DNA of 64,000 bases from NCBI RefSeq assembly GCF_963921235.1, contig NC_086097.1, positions 5,890,001 to 5,954,000 of the forward strand, written 5' to 3'. Shown here in pieces: positions 47,367 to 61,619 of this stretch (its first letter is position 1; each line of letters starts with the position of its first letter). Below the pieces are notes generated by a model that did not search any database, was not told the DNA's origin, and saw only the letters and a program-made list of their open reading frames with translations. The stretch comes from Mobula hypostoma (Eukaryota). The position numbers were made by a program, and so were the translations under genes.

Positions 47367-48760
47367 CTGTGGCTCTGGCATCGATTGCTATGAAGTGCTT
47401 CGAGCGATTGGTTATGGCACACATCAACCACAGCCTACCGGTCAACCTCGACACTTTGCAACTCACCTACCGGAGCAACAGGTCAATGGCAGATGCCATC
47501 TCTCTGGCCCTACATTCCTCCTTAGAACACCTGGAGAATAAAGACGCATACATAAGGCTCTTTTTCATTGACTACAGCTCTGCCTTTAATACCATCGTTC
47601 CAAATAAACTGATTCCTAAGCTCCGGAACCTGGTCCCTAGCACTCAGATCTGCAACTGGATCTTCAACTTCCTCACAGACAGGACCCAGGCTGTAAAAAT
47701 AGAGGACAAGCTCTCCTCTACAATCACTCTGAGCACCGGTGCCCCACAAGGCTGTGTACTCAGCCCCCTGCTGTACTCACTGTACACCCATGATTGTGTA
47801 GCCAAGTTTCCATCAAACTCAATATATAAGTCTGCTGATGACACAACAATTGTAGGCCGTATCTCGGGTAATGATGAGTTTGAGTACAGAGAGGAAATTA
47901 AGAACCTGGTGGCATGGTGCGAAGACAATAACCTATCCCTCAACGTCAGCAAGATGAAGGAATTAGTTGTTGACCTCAGAAGGAGTAGCAGACCGCACGA
48001 CCCAATTTACATCAGTGGTGCGTAAGTGGAACAGGTCAAAAGCTTCAAGTTCCTCGGGGTCAATATCACAAATGACCTGACTTGGTTGAACCAAGCAGAG
48101 TCCACTGCCAAGAAGGCCCACCAGCGCCTTTACTTCCTGAGAAAACTAAAGAAATTTGGCCTGTCCTCTAAAACCCTCACGAATTTTTATAGATGCACCG
48201 TAGAAAGCATTCTTCTAGGGTGCATCACAACCTGGTATGGAAGTTGTCCTGTCCAAGACCGAAAGAAGCTGCAGAAGATCGTGAACACGGCGCAGCACAT
48301 CACACAAACCAATTTCCATCCGTGGACTCACTTTACACCGCACGCTGTCGGAGCAGTGCTGCCAGGATAATCAAGGACACGACCCACCCAGCCAACAGAC
48401 TTTTCGTCCCTCTTCCCTCCGGGAGAAGGCTCAGGAGCTTGAAGACTTGTACAGCCAGATTTGGGAACAGCTTCTTTCCAACTGTGATAAGACTGCTGAA
48501 CAGATCCTGACCCAGATCTGGGCCGTACCCTCCAAATATCCAGACCTGCCTCTCGGCTTTTTGCACTACCTCACTTTCCATTTTCCTATTTTCTATTTAT
48601 GATTTATAATTTAAATTTTTATATTTACTAATTTTTACTATTTTTAATATTTAATATTTAATATTTGTAATCCAGGGAGCGGGAAGCGCAGAATCAAATA
48701 TCGCTGTGATGATCGTACGTTCTAGTATCAATTGTTTGGCGACAATAAAGTATAAAGTAA
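47367..48760 (+). mobile_element. Young 5'-truncated Rex1/Babar LINE (RT and C-terminus; one stop and one frameshift)
   Basis: [77 protein letters not shown]. Confidence 0.93.
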
Positions 48761-48776
48761 AGACAAGTAAAGTAGG

Positions 48777-48940
48777 CAAACATGAGGAATTCCGCAGATG
48801 CTGGTAATTCAAGCAACACACATCAAAGTTGCTGGTGAACGCCTGACGAAGGGTCTTGGCCTGAAAAGTCGACTGTACCTCTTCCTAGAGATGCTGCCTG
48901 GCCTGCTGCATTCACCAGCAACTTTGATGTGAGTTGCCTA
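48777..48940. mobile_element. Fold-back mini-Penelope insertion with 12-bp TSD and a hammerhead core
   Basis: AAGTAAAGTAGG at 48765-48776 and 48941-48952; CCTGACGAAGGGTCTTGGCCTGAAAAGTCGAC at ~48842-48873. Confidence 0.85.
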
Positions 48941-49509
48941 AAGTAAAGTAGGGGCAACTTGTAGTGGTCAATTAATTGACCAACTCTCATGCCACATCTG
49001 GCAGAAAACTAGAATAACCAAAGGATTCACTGCAGACACAGGGAGAACAGAAAACACAAACTCCACACAGGGTTTCCGATTCCAATCATTTCTAATAAAC
49101 TCTCGTGCTTCATTTATTTAATGGAATTGAATTATCACTGCTTTGAAGTAGTAATCTATGTATGTATTCTCTGATCTCTTTGTTTTTGTACCTCACTTAG
49201 AGCCCTATTTCCCAGTAATATATGAACTTATCATTCTTCTTGAAATACAATTGTTCATCTGCGTTGCAATTCATTTAGCAACTATAGTAGATGTCCACTT
49301 TACAATTTATTAAATTTATTACCCCTCTGTTTGCTGCCATTTGCAAATTTACGGCTTCAGTTTTGACTCCAAAATGTAAGTCATCAACAAGTTATGAATG
49401 ATTATAATGGAACGTTGTGGAACCCTCCCTTCTGCCATCACTCACTTTCTACAGTTGCTCTTTAACTCAGATCTCTGCCTGCTGCTTTGAAGTTTAGCAT
49501 GCTTTTAAG

Positions 49510-50675
49510 ATGAAAGTGGGTAATTTCAAAGGAGATGTGAGGGGTAAGCTACTTATACAGAGAGTGGTGGTTGTGCTTGGGGTGGTGGTGGTAGAGGCAA
49601 ATACATAGGGTATTTTTAATAGACATTTTGACAAGTACATGAATGTGAGGAAAATGGAAGGATATGGACATTGTGTAGGCAGAGAGGATTAGTTCAGATA
49701 GCCTTTGATCACTAACTTAATTGGTTTGGCACAGCATTATGGGCTGAAGGACTGTTCCTGTGCTGTATGTTCTATGTTCTAAGCGGTTTGCTATTCATTC
49801 TGTGACTTGTCTGTTGATTTTTCCTACTAAGGCATTATATATCAATCCATCAGATAAATTAGATCTCTTCTGCAGCTCTTGCTTATTCTTTTCCATCACT
49901 TTAAAGAATTCAGTTAGTTTCCAAGTGAAATCCATGCCAACCATTCACAATAACGTTTCTGATTTTCAGATGCTTTCCAAATTTAGACACTATTTTACTT
50001 TTTACCCTCTATTTGATATTAAGGTGGTTGTTCTGGAATTTGCAATACAATCTGCATTCCTCTCATTAAGTGCAGTAATTAATAATTCTAATTTCAATAG
50101 ATGCAAACGATTCACCTAATGGAGGGTGTGTAAACTACTTCCCACAAATTTCTATAGATGTTCTGTGGAGAGCATTCTAACTGGTTGCATTGCTGCCCGG
50201 TGTGGAGGGGTCACCACACAGGATCAGATAAAGCTGCAGAAGTTGTAAGCTCAGCCAGCACCATCATGGTCACTGGCCTCCCCACAATCCAGAACACTTC
50301 CTAAAGGCAATGCCTCAAAAAGATGGCATCTATTATTCAGGACTCCCCATCACCCAGGACATCCACTCTGCTCTTTACTACCATCAGGGAGGAGGTGCAG
50401 GAGACTGAAGACAAACACTCAATGATTCACAAACAACTTCTTCCCCTCTGCCACCAGATTTCTGAATGGGTATTGCACACGACCTCACTATTTGTTTTCC
50501 TTTTCTTTTGGTCTCTTTTTTGCACTATTTATTTTATATCTATAAATTAAATAGTGTAAATATATCTATATAATTGTAATTTATCACAATTTCTGTTATT
50601 ATGTATTGCACTATACTGCTGCCACAAAACAACAAATTTCACAACATATTGCAGTGATAAGAAACCTGATTCTGA
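49510..50675 (+). mobile_element. CR1 3' fragment (49510-49780) and Rex1 3' fragment (50135-50675)
   Basis: CR1 tail ctgtatgttctatgttct; Rex caaatttctatagatg..gagagcattctaactggttgcat and (TCTGAT)n tail. Confidence 0.7.
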
Positions 50676-51658
50676 TTCTGGTTACGTTAACTCCAGCTGC
50701 AAGTAACGAAAATTGCTCCAAGACTACCCAGAACAGCATTGCATCTGACAGTTGAAAACAAGCTTGCAAATAGGCTTGGTATATAAAAACTAGGATGAAA
50801 CCAAATATGATAAGCATTTTATCGAACATGAGATGTTGCATAATGAACTGTTATTTTCTATGTCACTATGTCATTAGTGGTGGAGCTTTGCAAGAGCAGT
50901 GTCCCCTGATATGTCGATAACTTCAGGATGTCAGATTTTATTATAACATAGTCTCCTGGTGCAACATTAATCATGAGAACAGGAAATGAAAATTACAAGT
51001 GCGATAATGATAAGAAAAGTCAAGGAAGCCCTCCGTTGGTCATGGTCGACCATGGATGTTGCATCCTACCTGTCTATGTAATACACAAGTCAGGGCAGTA
51101 CAAAATGGAGAACAAGCTGTAGCCCATGTAGCAAGCTCCCCCTCTCCACGGAGCTAATGAATCCAAAGGAACGAAAGAGATTGATAGAGTTTGGCACCAG
51201 CAGCGTCTCAGGAGATGCTGGTAGGTGTTGAGCTCAATGTGGGACTGCTCTGGGGACTCCAGCTCCAGAGTTATCTTCAGGGTTTGCTCCCAAAGCTTTC
51301 CCCATAGGTGCAAGGCAGCAGAGGTTTGAGATCAATTTTGCTTCTCCTAGGTGAGCTGCCAACCACAGCTGACCTGCCAAACATGCATGAAGCGGCTGGT
51401 TTTAAGGTGCCAGAAACTGGCCTTTGCCCCTTCTCCTGTCAGTAGAGCGGGCCTAGAAGCGGAGACATAAGTGAAAGCTAGGAGCTGGAATTGATTGTCA
51501 GAGGCTATTTGAGACGCGTGTCATTAAAACATACAAAAGGTAGTGGGAGCTTATCCCCACTGACCCCCGCACCTACGACAACCTTAAGGAACCGGAAGAA
51601 GATTATAGGGAGTGTACAGTAGTTCATCATTAGCATAACGCTATTACAGCACAGATGA

Positions 51659-53934
51659 TATAGAAACATAGAAACATAGAAAATAGGTGCAGGAGTAGGC
51701 CATTCGGCCCTTCGAGCCTGCACCGCCATTCAGTACGATCATGGCTGATCAACCAACTCAGAACCCTGTACCAGCCTTCCCTCCATACCCCCGATCCCTT
51801 TAGCCACAAGGGCCATATCTAACTCCCTCTTAAATATAGCCAATGAGCTGGCCTCAACTGTTTCCCGTGGCAGAGAATTCCACAGATTCACCACTCTCTG
51901 TGTGAAGAAGTTTTTCCTAATCTCGGTCCTAAAAGGCTTCCCCTTTATCCTCAAACTGTGACCCCTCGTTCTGGACTTCCCCAACATCGAGAACAATCTT
52001 CCTGCATCTAGCCTGTCCAATCCCTTTAGGATTTTATATGTTTCAATAAGATCCCCCCTCAATCTTCTAAATTCCAACGAGTATAAGCCTACTTCATCCA
52101 GTCTTTCATCATATGAAAGTCCTGCCATCCCAGAAATCAATCTGGTGAACCTTCTTTGTACTCCCTCTATGGCAAAGATGTCTTTCCTCAGTTTAGGGGA
52201 CCAAAACTGCACACAATACTCCAGGTGTGGTCTCACCAAGGCCTTGTACAACTGCAGTAGTACCTCCCTGCTCCTGTACTCGAATCCTCTCGCTATGAAT
52301 GCCAGCATACCATTTGCCTTTTTCACTGCCTGCTGTACCTGCATGCCCACTTTCAATGACTGGTGTATAATGACACCCAGGTCTCGCGGCACCTCCCCTT
52401 TTCCTAATCGGCCACCATTCAGATAATAATCTGTTTTCCTGTTTTTGCCACCAAAGTGGATAACCTCACATTTATTCACATTAAATTGTATCTGCCATGA
52501 ATTTGCCCACTCACCCAACCTATCCAAGTCACCCTGCATCCTCTTAGCATCCTCCTCACAGCTAATACTGCCGCCCAGCTTCTTGTCATCCGCAAACTTG
52601 GAGATGCTGCATTTAATTCCCTCATCTAAGTCATTAATATATATTGTAAACAACTGGGATCTCAGCACTGAGCCTTGCGGTACCCCACTAGTCACTGCCT
52701 GCCATTCTGAAAAGGTCCCGTTTATTCCCACTCTTTGCTTCCTGTCTGCCAACCAATGCTCTATCCACACCAATACCTTACCCCCAATACCGTGTGCTTT
52801 AAGTTTGCACACTAATCTCCTATGTGGGACCTTGTCAAAAGCCTTTTTAAAATCCAAATATACCACATCCACTGGTTCTTCCCTATCCACTCTACTGGTT
52901 ACATCCTCAAAAAACTCTATGAAATTCGTCAGACATGATTTTCCTTTCACAAATCCATGCTGACTTTGCCCGATGATTTCACCGCTTTCCAAATGTGCTG
53001 TTATCACACCTTTGATAACTGACTCTAGCATTTTCCCCACCACCGATGTCAGGCTAACTGGTCTATAATTCCCCAGTTTCTCTCTCCCTCCTTTTTTAAA
53101 AAGCGGGGTTACATTAGCCACCCTCCAATCCTCAGGAACTAGTCCAGAATCTAAAGAGTTTTGAAAAATTATCACTAATGCATCCACTATTTCTTGGGCT
53201 ACTTCCTTAAGCACTCTGGGATGTAGACCATCTGGCCCTGGGGATTTATCTGCCTTTAATCCCTTCAATTTACCTAACACCACTTCCCTACTAACATGTA
53301 TTTCGCTCAGTTCCTCCATCTCACTGGACCCTCTGTCCCCTACTATTTCCGGAAGATTATTTATGTCCTCCTTAGTGAAGACAGAACCAAAGTAATTATT
53401 CAATTGGTCTGCCATGTCCTTGTTCCCCATAATCAATTCACCTGTTTCTGTGACAAATGACCTACATTTGTCTTTACCAGTCTTTTCCTTTTTACATATC
53501 TATAAAAGCTTTTACAGTCTGTTTTTATGTTCCCCGCCAGTTTTCTCTCATAATCTTTTTTCTCCTTCCTAATTAAGCCCTTTGTCCTCCTCTGCTGAAC
53601 TCTGAATTTCTCCCAGTCCTCAGGTGAGCCACTTTTTCTGGCTAATTTGTATGCTTCTTCTTTGGAATTGATACTATCCCTAATATTCCCTTGTCAGCAC
53701 TACCTTCCTTGATTTATTTTTGCCAAACTGGGATGAACAATTGTTGTAGTTCATCCATGCGATCTTTAAATGCTTGCCATTGCATATCCACCGTCAACCC
53801 TTTAAGTGTCATTTGCCACTCTATCTTAGCTAATTCACGTCTCACACCTTCAAAGTTACCCTTCTTTCAGTTCAGAACCTTTGTTTCTGAATTAACTATG
53901 TCACTCTCCATCCTAATAAGAATTCCACTATATT
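51659..53934 (-). mobile_element. Young 5'-truncated CR1 (565-aa RT ORF 51739-53436) inserted in a SINE head (51608-51658, 53935-54140)
   Basis: Complete RT motifs including FADD; ATGA at 51655-51658 and 53935-53938; the SINE halves rejoin as ..ctattacagcacagatgacctgggcttaactccc. Confidence 0.93.
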
Positions 53935-54189
53935 ATGACCTGGGCTTAACTCCCGCCACTATCTGGAAGATGTTTGTACTTTCTCCCTGCGACTATGTGA
54001 GCTTCCTCCACGTCCTTCAGTTGCATCCCGTAATCTAAAATGTAGAGATTAATATGTTGTTTGGCACATGTGTCCGATTATGTAGTGTGTGGCACAGTCC
54101 CATAGGGCCGGAAAAACCTTTTACCGTGTTGTATCCGTAAATTATTTAAATTAAATTGAATAGTAAGGTGGGGATCCAAGGGATACACA

Positions 54190-54630
54190 CAGGGAAGAAG
54201 TACAAACAGAAATTAAGGGGCAACCCAGGCCAAGGAATCTTGAACAGATGTTGTGTCCTGATTGCTGAGTGTGTGCCTTCAGGCTTCTGTACCTCTTTCC
54301 CGATGGTAACAGTGAAAAGAGGGCATGTCCTGGGTGATAGGGGTCATTAATAATACTCGCCGCCTTTCTGAGGCACCGCTCTTTGAAGATGCCTTGGTTA
54401 CTACGGAGGCTAGTACCCAAGATGGAGCTGACTAACTTTATATCTTTTGATCTTGTGCAGTAGCCCACCTCCCACCCTCTCCCATACCAGACAGTGACGT
54501 AGCCTGTCAGAAAGCTCTCCATGGTGCATCTGTAGAAATTTTCAAATGTTTTAGGTGACAAACCAAATCGCCTAAAACTCCTAATGAAATATAGCCACTG
54601 TCTTGCCTTCATAACAGCTGCATCAATATG
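54190..54630 (-). mobile_element. Rex1 3' fragment
   Basis: KARQWLYFIRSFRRFGLSPKT..HPGHALFSLLPSGKRYRSL. Confidence 0.85.
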
Positions 54631-54864
54631 TTAGGAGCTGGCCATCACCATTGTGGCTCTCACAATGCAGTATTCATCAGAGAGAATAGATCACATTACA
54701 TCTCTCACTTCATGTCAGTAAAGCTAAAGGGTTGATTGTTGACTTAAGAACGAGGAAGCAGGGCAAGCTCGTACCTGTCTGTAGTGGGGAGTCTGCAGTG
54801 GAGTGTCAGCAGTTTAAATTCCTGGGCCTTACCATATCAGATGACCTGTGCTGGGCCCATCAAA

Positions 54865-54935
54865 TACAGCACTCTGCAAAGCTCTTAGGCACATATACAT
54901 GGCTAGGGTGCCAAATACTTTTACACACTACTGAA
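54865..54935. mobile_element. Tiny Tc1/mariner-type MITE; related right end at ~55348-55375
   Basis: TACAGCACTCTGCAAAGCTCTTAGGCAC / GTGCCAAATACTTTTACACACTACTG inverted repeats. Confidence 0.55.
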
Positions 54936-55904
54936 CTTGTCAACTTGAATCAGAGAGTGAGTTTGTTAATCTGGTGGGACCAAATGATGTTGTTAGTAGT
55001 GAGGGTGAGGCACCATGGGAGGGGTGTGGGACCGGTGGCAGAGGAGGAGTGTCGGGGTGGGGAGTGGTGTAGGTGCAGACACACCCAGCACTCAGACACC
55101 AGGCAAGGTCACTTGATTCCAAACAATTGGTTCATTGATCATTACAGAATGTCTCTCTGGTGCTCCCCTTTCTCTTTCCCTTTACCCTCTGCATGCCCCC
55201 TTCGCACTCTCGGTCTACAAAGAGATCCATATCAGAATCAGGTTTATCATCATTCACATATGTCACAATTTTTTTTGTGGAAGTATTACAGTGCAATACA
55301 TAAAATTACGACAGTACTCTGAGCTGTGTGCGTGTGTGCGTGCGTGTACACCTAAGACTTTTGCACAGTACTGTAGATGCAATCACAAGGAAAGCACTCT
55401 AAAGTCTCTCACACAAAATGCTGGAGGAACTCAGCAGGACAGGCAGCATCTATGGAAAAGAGTAAACAGTTTAGTCTCTACTTGTTAAAAGATGAAGGAT
55501 ATCTGGCTTGTCACCAAACATTCCAAGAAACTTACACAGATGTAATGCTGAAAGCATCCCGACTTGTTGCATTCATGATCTGGTACACCAATTCGAATGT
55601 GCAGGAACATCAGAAGCTTCAGAGGGTAGAAGACTCATACTAATAAATCACAGGCACTCTTGCCCCACCATCAGTATTATCTACATGAGGTGCTGCTTCA
55701 ACAAAGCAAAATCCATCATCAGAGAGAGGTACACACCTTCTGGGCCATGCCATATTCTTGAAGCTACCATCAGGCAGGAGGTACAGAAGCCTGTAAACTA
55801 AACACCAGCTGGTTCAATAACAGTTACTTTAGTCGAACCACTCGGTCCTTGCCCCTACTGGTACAAGTCTAATCACTATAGCAACGCTGTGATCACCTTG
55901 CAAT

Positions 55905-58070
55905 TGAAGTGAAATGAATTTATTTAAACCTTACATCCACCCACAATGCGAGGGAGTAAAAATCTTTGTGTTATGACTCTGTTGCAACGTGAATTTATAA
56001 GTCTGATGGCTTGTAGAGAGAAGCTGTCCCGTAACCTGTTGGTCCTGGCTTTAATGCTGTGGTACCACTTGCCAGATGTAAGCAACTGAAACAGTTTATG
56101 GCTGTGGTGACTGGTGTCCCCAGTGATCTTCCAGTCCTTCTTTCTGCACCTGCTGCTGTAAATAACCATATAACCACATAACAATTACAGCACGGAAACA
56201 GGCCATCTCGGCCCTTCTAGTCCATGCCGAACTCTTACTCTCACCTAGTCCCATCAACCTGCAATCAGCCCATAACCCTCCATTCCTTTCCTGTCCATAT
56301 AGCTGTCCAATTTAACTTCAAATGACAACATCGAACCTGCCTCAACCACTTCTGCTGGAAGCTCGTTCCACACAGCTACCACTCTTTAAGTAAAGAAGTT
56401 CCCCCTCATGTTACCCCTAAACTTTTGCCCTTTAACTCTCAACTCACGTCCTCTTGTTTGAATCTCCCCCACTCTCAATGGAAAAAGCCTATCCACGTCA
56501 ACTCTATCTATCCCACTCATAATTTTAAAAACCTCTATCAAGTCCCCCCTCAATGTTAAAGATCTAAGGAATAAAGATCCACATTGGAAATGTCCTCAGC
56601 GGAGGGAAGTTCATATCCACAGATGTGCTGGGCTGTCCGTACCACTCTCTGCCGTGCCCAGCGATCAAGGTTGGTGCAGTTCCCATACCAAGTGGTGATA
56701 CAGCCAGTCAGGATGCTCTCAATGGTGCTTCTGTAGAAGGTCTTGAGGATTTGGGGGCTCATGCCGAACTTCTTCATTACCTAAGGTGGAAGAGACGCTG
56801 TTGTACTTTTTTGCCACACAGCTGGTGTGTACAGTCCAAGTGAGATCTTCGGTGATATGTATACTGAGGAACATGAAACTACTCACCCTCTTATCTGCAG
56901 ACTCATTGATGCTGATCTGAGCAAACCTATCTCCGTTCCTCCTGTAATCCACGATCAGCTCTTTTTGTTTTTTGGACATTGAGGGAAAGGTTGTTGCCCT
57001 GGCACCACTGTGTCAGGGTGTCAACCTCTCCTCTGTAGGCCGTCTCATCACCACTAGAAATTAGGCCGATCAATGTCATGTTATCTACAAACTTGATCAG
57101 TAAATTGGAGCTGTGTGTTGCAGCAGAGTTGTGGGTGGGACTGAGGATGGGACTGAGGACACAACCCCGGTGGGGGGGCACCAGTGTTGAGGGTCAGAGG
57201 GGCAGAGGGTGAGGGAGCCCAATCTTACCACCTGTTGGTGATCTGATAGGAAGTCTAGAATCCAGCTGCACAAGGCAGGATGTAGGCCAAGGTCACTGAG
57301 CTTCCTGTCAAGACTGGAAGGAATTATGGTGTTGAATGCTGAACTGTAATCCAGGAACAGCATTTTAACATATGCATCCCTCTACTCCAGGTGAGTGAGG
57401 ATGGTGTGTAGTGCTGTGGCTATGGCATTATTGGTAGACCGGTTCCATTGATAAGCAAATTGTAAAGGGTCCAGTGTGGATGGTAGCATGCTGCAGAAGT
57501 AGTCTTTAACCAGCCTCTCAAAGCATTTGCTTATAATTGAGGAGAGTGCGATAGGGCGCCAGTCACTCAGGCATGCGACCTTGGTTTTCTTAGGTACAAG
57601 GACAATGATGGATGATTTGAAACAGGAGGGCACTACACACTGGGAGTGGGAGAGATTAAAAATGTCCATAAATGCACCAGCCAGCTGCTCTGTAAACACT
57701 TTGAGGATGCGCCCTGGGATGCCGTCCGGCCCTGTTGCCATACAGCTGTTAACATGTTGCAATGTTTTACGTACCTCAGCCTAGGAGATGACCAAGGAGC
57801 AGGCCTCGTTGGTGGCTCTCCTCGGGAGTTCAGTCTTCTCAAGATTGAATTGACCGTAGAGAACATTTAGCTCATCTGGGAGTGAGGCGGTAATGGTCAC
57901 TGTACTGCTCCGTTTCCTCTTGAAGTCCGTGATGGTGTGCAGTCATATGCTGCGCGTGTCATTATCGCAGACTTGTGACTGGATTTCATCCCTTTGTTGC
58001 TGTCTTGTCACCTTGATGGCCCTACGTTAATCATAGTGGCATCTCTTGAGCTTCTGTTGGTCTCCAAGAT
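55905..58070 (-). mobile_element. Rex1/Babar LINE RT region, decayed, split by a CR1 3' end (56164-56587, AAAT TSD)
   Basis: [52 protein letters not shown]..; RLRDSFSLQAIRLIN. Confidence 0.88.
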
Positions 58071-58134
58071 GAAATCAACTTTGCTTTTCTGTTTTCTCTG
58101 GTAAATATTGTGTGCAATTTACCTTTCATTTTGA

Positions 58135-58640
58135 CCATAAGACCACAAGATATAGGAGCAGAATTAGGCCATTTGGCCCATCGAGTCTTCTTCACCATTT
58201 CATCATGGCTGATCTATTTTTCCTCACAGCCCCAATTTCCTGCCTTCTCCCCATATCCCTTTATATTGTGACTAATCAAAAATCTATCAACCTCTGCCTT
58301 AAATACACCCAATGACTTGGCCTCCGCAGATGCTGGCAGTAACAAATTCTACAGATTCACCACTCTCTGGCTGAAGAAATTTCTCCTCATCGCCATTCTA
58401 AATGAACATCCTTCTTTTCAGAGGCTGTGTCCTCGGGTTTTAGACTCCCCCACTATAGGAAACATCCCCTCCACATCCATTCTGCAGAGACCTTTTAACA
58501 TTCAATAGGTTTCAGTGTGGTCACCTCTCATTCTTCTGAATTCCATTGAGTAGAAGCCTGGAGCCATCAAATGCTCCTCATATGACAAGCTTTTCAGTCC
58601 CAGAATCACCTTCTTTGGATTCTTTCAAATGTCAGCAAAA
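58135..58640 (-). mobile_element. CR1 3' fragment
   Basis: gaccataagaccacaagatataggagcagaattaggcc tail. Confidence 0.8.
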
Positions 58641-59764
58641 CTGCTCGCAATAGCAAGGTGCTAAGGTGAGGCCACCTTACATTCCACCGATTCGCCAAAT
58701 CTGCATAAATAAATTCCTCCTCATCTCTGCTCTAAGTGGACTTCCTTTTATTCTGAGGCAACAAAAGGCTTCAGATGATGGGACCTGATGGAGAAGGAAG
58801 GTGGAGTATGGAATCAAAATAAGGAGGGGTAGGGAGGGCAGATGGAAACAGAAAGGAGTGAGGATCTAGTAGGAGGAGTGTGTGGTGATGAGCAGGTGGA
58901 GTGGGTGGAGGAGAGAAAAGATAGGGAAAGAAATAGAGTTGGGTGGGTTTAGAAAGAACTGGGTAGATCAGGAGGAGAGAGAAAAGGGACAGAGGGGTAG
59001 GCTTCATTGGAAAATGGTGAATTTAATGCCCATGCTTTTGGGTTGTAAAACTACCCATGCAGAATGCAAGATGCTAAGTTACTTCTGAAAAAGTATCAGA
59101 ATTGGCAAGTGGGAAACATCGCCCTCATAAAGGTCTCACAATAGTGAAGTGACAAATCTAATTTAGTGGCATTCCTGAAGATTGAAAGTCTTCTCCTTTC
59201 CCTTTGTTCCTAACTGCCTGTGATCTTTTGTACTAATTAAAGGAATAAATGATTATTATGAAGATTGTTAAATTTATTTTATTTATTGAGACACAGTATT
59301 GAGTAGTCCCCAGTTTTAAACTAGCCTAATTATGGGACAATTAAAAATGACCAATTAACCAGTCCAGGACATCTTTGGACTGTGGGAGGAAGCTGGAGCA
59401 CTGGGAGGAAACCTATGCGTTCCATGGGGAGGGCGTACACAGACTCCTTGCAGAGGATGCCAGACGTGAACTCTGAACTTTGAACTCTGACCGACCGAGC
59501 TGTAATTGTGACATGCTGACTGCCATGGCACCCAGTTTGTACTGATCAAAGGAATAAATGATTTTCATGAAAACCTTTGTGGAGTTTTTTTCATAGCTAC
59601 CAAAAAACTAAACCTTAACATTTGAAATATTTAACTTCCAGGACACGATGCTTTTATTTCAAAGCCAGTGCAGCCTCTTCCTCACAGTGGTTGCACCAAA
59701 CTCAATTTGTCCTTCAGTACATACTCCTGCACCCCAGAGAACGTCATTCTGCAACACTCACTCA

Positions 59765-61000
59765 CAAGATTCAACATTCAAGATCGTTTAATGTCATTTC
59801 CAGCACACAAGTGTAAAGGAGAATGAAATAATTGTTACTCCGGATCCAATGCAGCACAAAAAAACACAATAAATTGAAGAATACAATATAAAAATCCACA
59901 ATACTCGTAAATAATAAATACATATGATAGTTTATATATATAGATTGATTGTATGTCTATAAAGTGAAGCTAGGCACAGGAGTGTCTGTATTTAAGGTGA
60001 CTAAAAGGGAAATGATGGAGTAGTGGTGTAGAGGGGTGGATTAGTCGCTGGAGGTGTTGATCAGCCTTACTGCTTGGGGAAAGTAACTGTTTTTGAGTCT
60101 GATGGTCCTGGTGTGGATGCTACCTAGCCTCCTCCCTGATGGGAGTGGGGCAAACAGTCCATGAACAGAGTGTGTGGGATCATAGAAACATAGAAACATA
60201 GAAAACAAGTACAGGAGTAGGCCATTCGGCCCTTCGAGCCTGCACCGCCATTCAGTATGATCATGGCTGATCATCCAACTCAGAACCCTGTACCTGCCTT
60301 CTCTCCATACCCCCTGATCCCTTTAGCCACAAGGGCCATATCTAACTCCCTCTTAAGTATAGCCAATGAACTGGCCTCAACTGTTTCCTGTGGCAGAGAA
60401 TTCCACAGATTCACCACTCTCTGTGTGAAGAAGTTTTTCCTAATCTCAGTCCTAAGAGGCTTCCCCTTTATCCTCAAACTGTGACCCCTCGTTCTGGACT
60501 TCCCCAACATCGGGAACAAACTTCCTGCATCTAGCCTGTCCAATTCCTTTAGGATTTTATACGTTTCGATAAGATCCTTCTCAAAATTCCAGCGAGTATA
60601 AACCTAGTCAATCTAGTCTTTCATCCTGTGAAAGTCCTGCCATCCCAGGAATCAATCTGGTGAACCTTCTTTGTACTCCCTCTCTGGCAAGAATGTCTTT
60701 CCTCAGATTAGGGGACCAAAACTGCACACAATACTCCAGGTGTGGTCTCACCAAGGCCTTGTACAACTGCAGATCCTTCATAATGTTGCTGGCCCTTGTA
60801 CCGGCACCTTTCTGTATAATATGTGCTTGGTGGCTTCTAGGCTGAACTGAAGACCAGAGAGTTTCAGGTACATCGAAGTGTAGTGTTTATCAAGTTGAGG
60901 ATCTTCCCACAGCAGATGATACTTGTCTTCTGATTTGTAGAAGGCTGAGGAGCTAGTTTCTGTAGAACAGCCTTCAAACACTTCTTCGGTGTCAGATGAT
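59765..61000 (-). mobile_element. Rex1 3' portion with a nested young CR1 (60182-60771, GATC TSD)
   Basis: Host reads ASNIMK|DPTHSVHGLFAPLPSGRRL across the insertion; GATC at 60178-60181 and 60772-60775. Confidence 0.85.
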
Positions 61001-61619
61001 AGTGTCTGAGGTGTCCAAGGAGGGGTAGCACCTGTGGTGAAGGGGCTTGTTGTGTCCATCCTGGGGCAGCTCACTCACCTTTGGTCCTCACCGGACACTC
61101 AACTTTCACCTGTGTCTCCAAGTAGCTGTTTGCATGTGAGTGACCACACCCCAGTATATTGCTTTGACAAGGAGGTTAAACAATTGACGGTAGCTGATGG
61201 TCCTTATACCACAGTCAGTGAGAACTTACTTATTGCATAATATTTTGGCTTATGTACAGAGTGTGATTGATGTGTGGGGTCACCGAGGTCTTGAGAATCA
61301 TTGTTTCATTGGATTGTGTATATATATAGTCAGATGACAACAAACTTGAACTTCAACTTGACAAGGACCTGTCTGTCCTAGCATGTGAAGTCAGCTCGGG
61401 CAGACTGGGCAGATGAGATCTACAATGAGATCCAACGGCCAGGACGGCAGCTCTGTGACACTTCATGGAAAATGAATGGCATGGCGAGGCACAGAAGACA
61501 TCATGGTCATCTACTGTAACCAAGGAAGACCCCAGTTGTAATGACTACTTGCACCACTGGACCTGGACCTCTGAGGTTCAGGTCCAGTAGAACTCTCCAG
61601 TTCAACATCTTTTCCAAAG

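Noticed and set aside
60778..61074. 98-aa minus-strand ORF as a host exon
   Set aside because: It overlaps decayed Rex1 sequence that resumes across the CR1 insertion.
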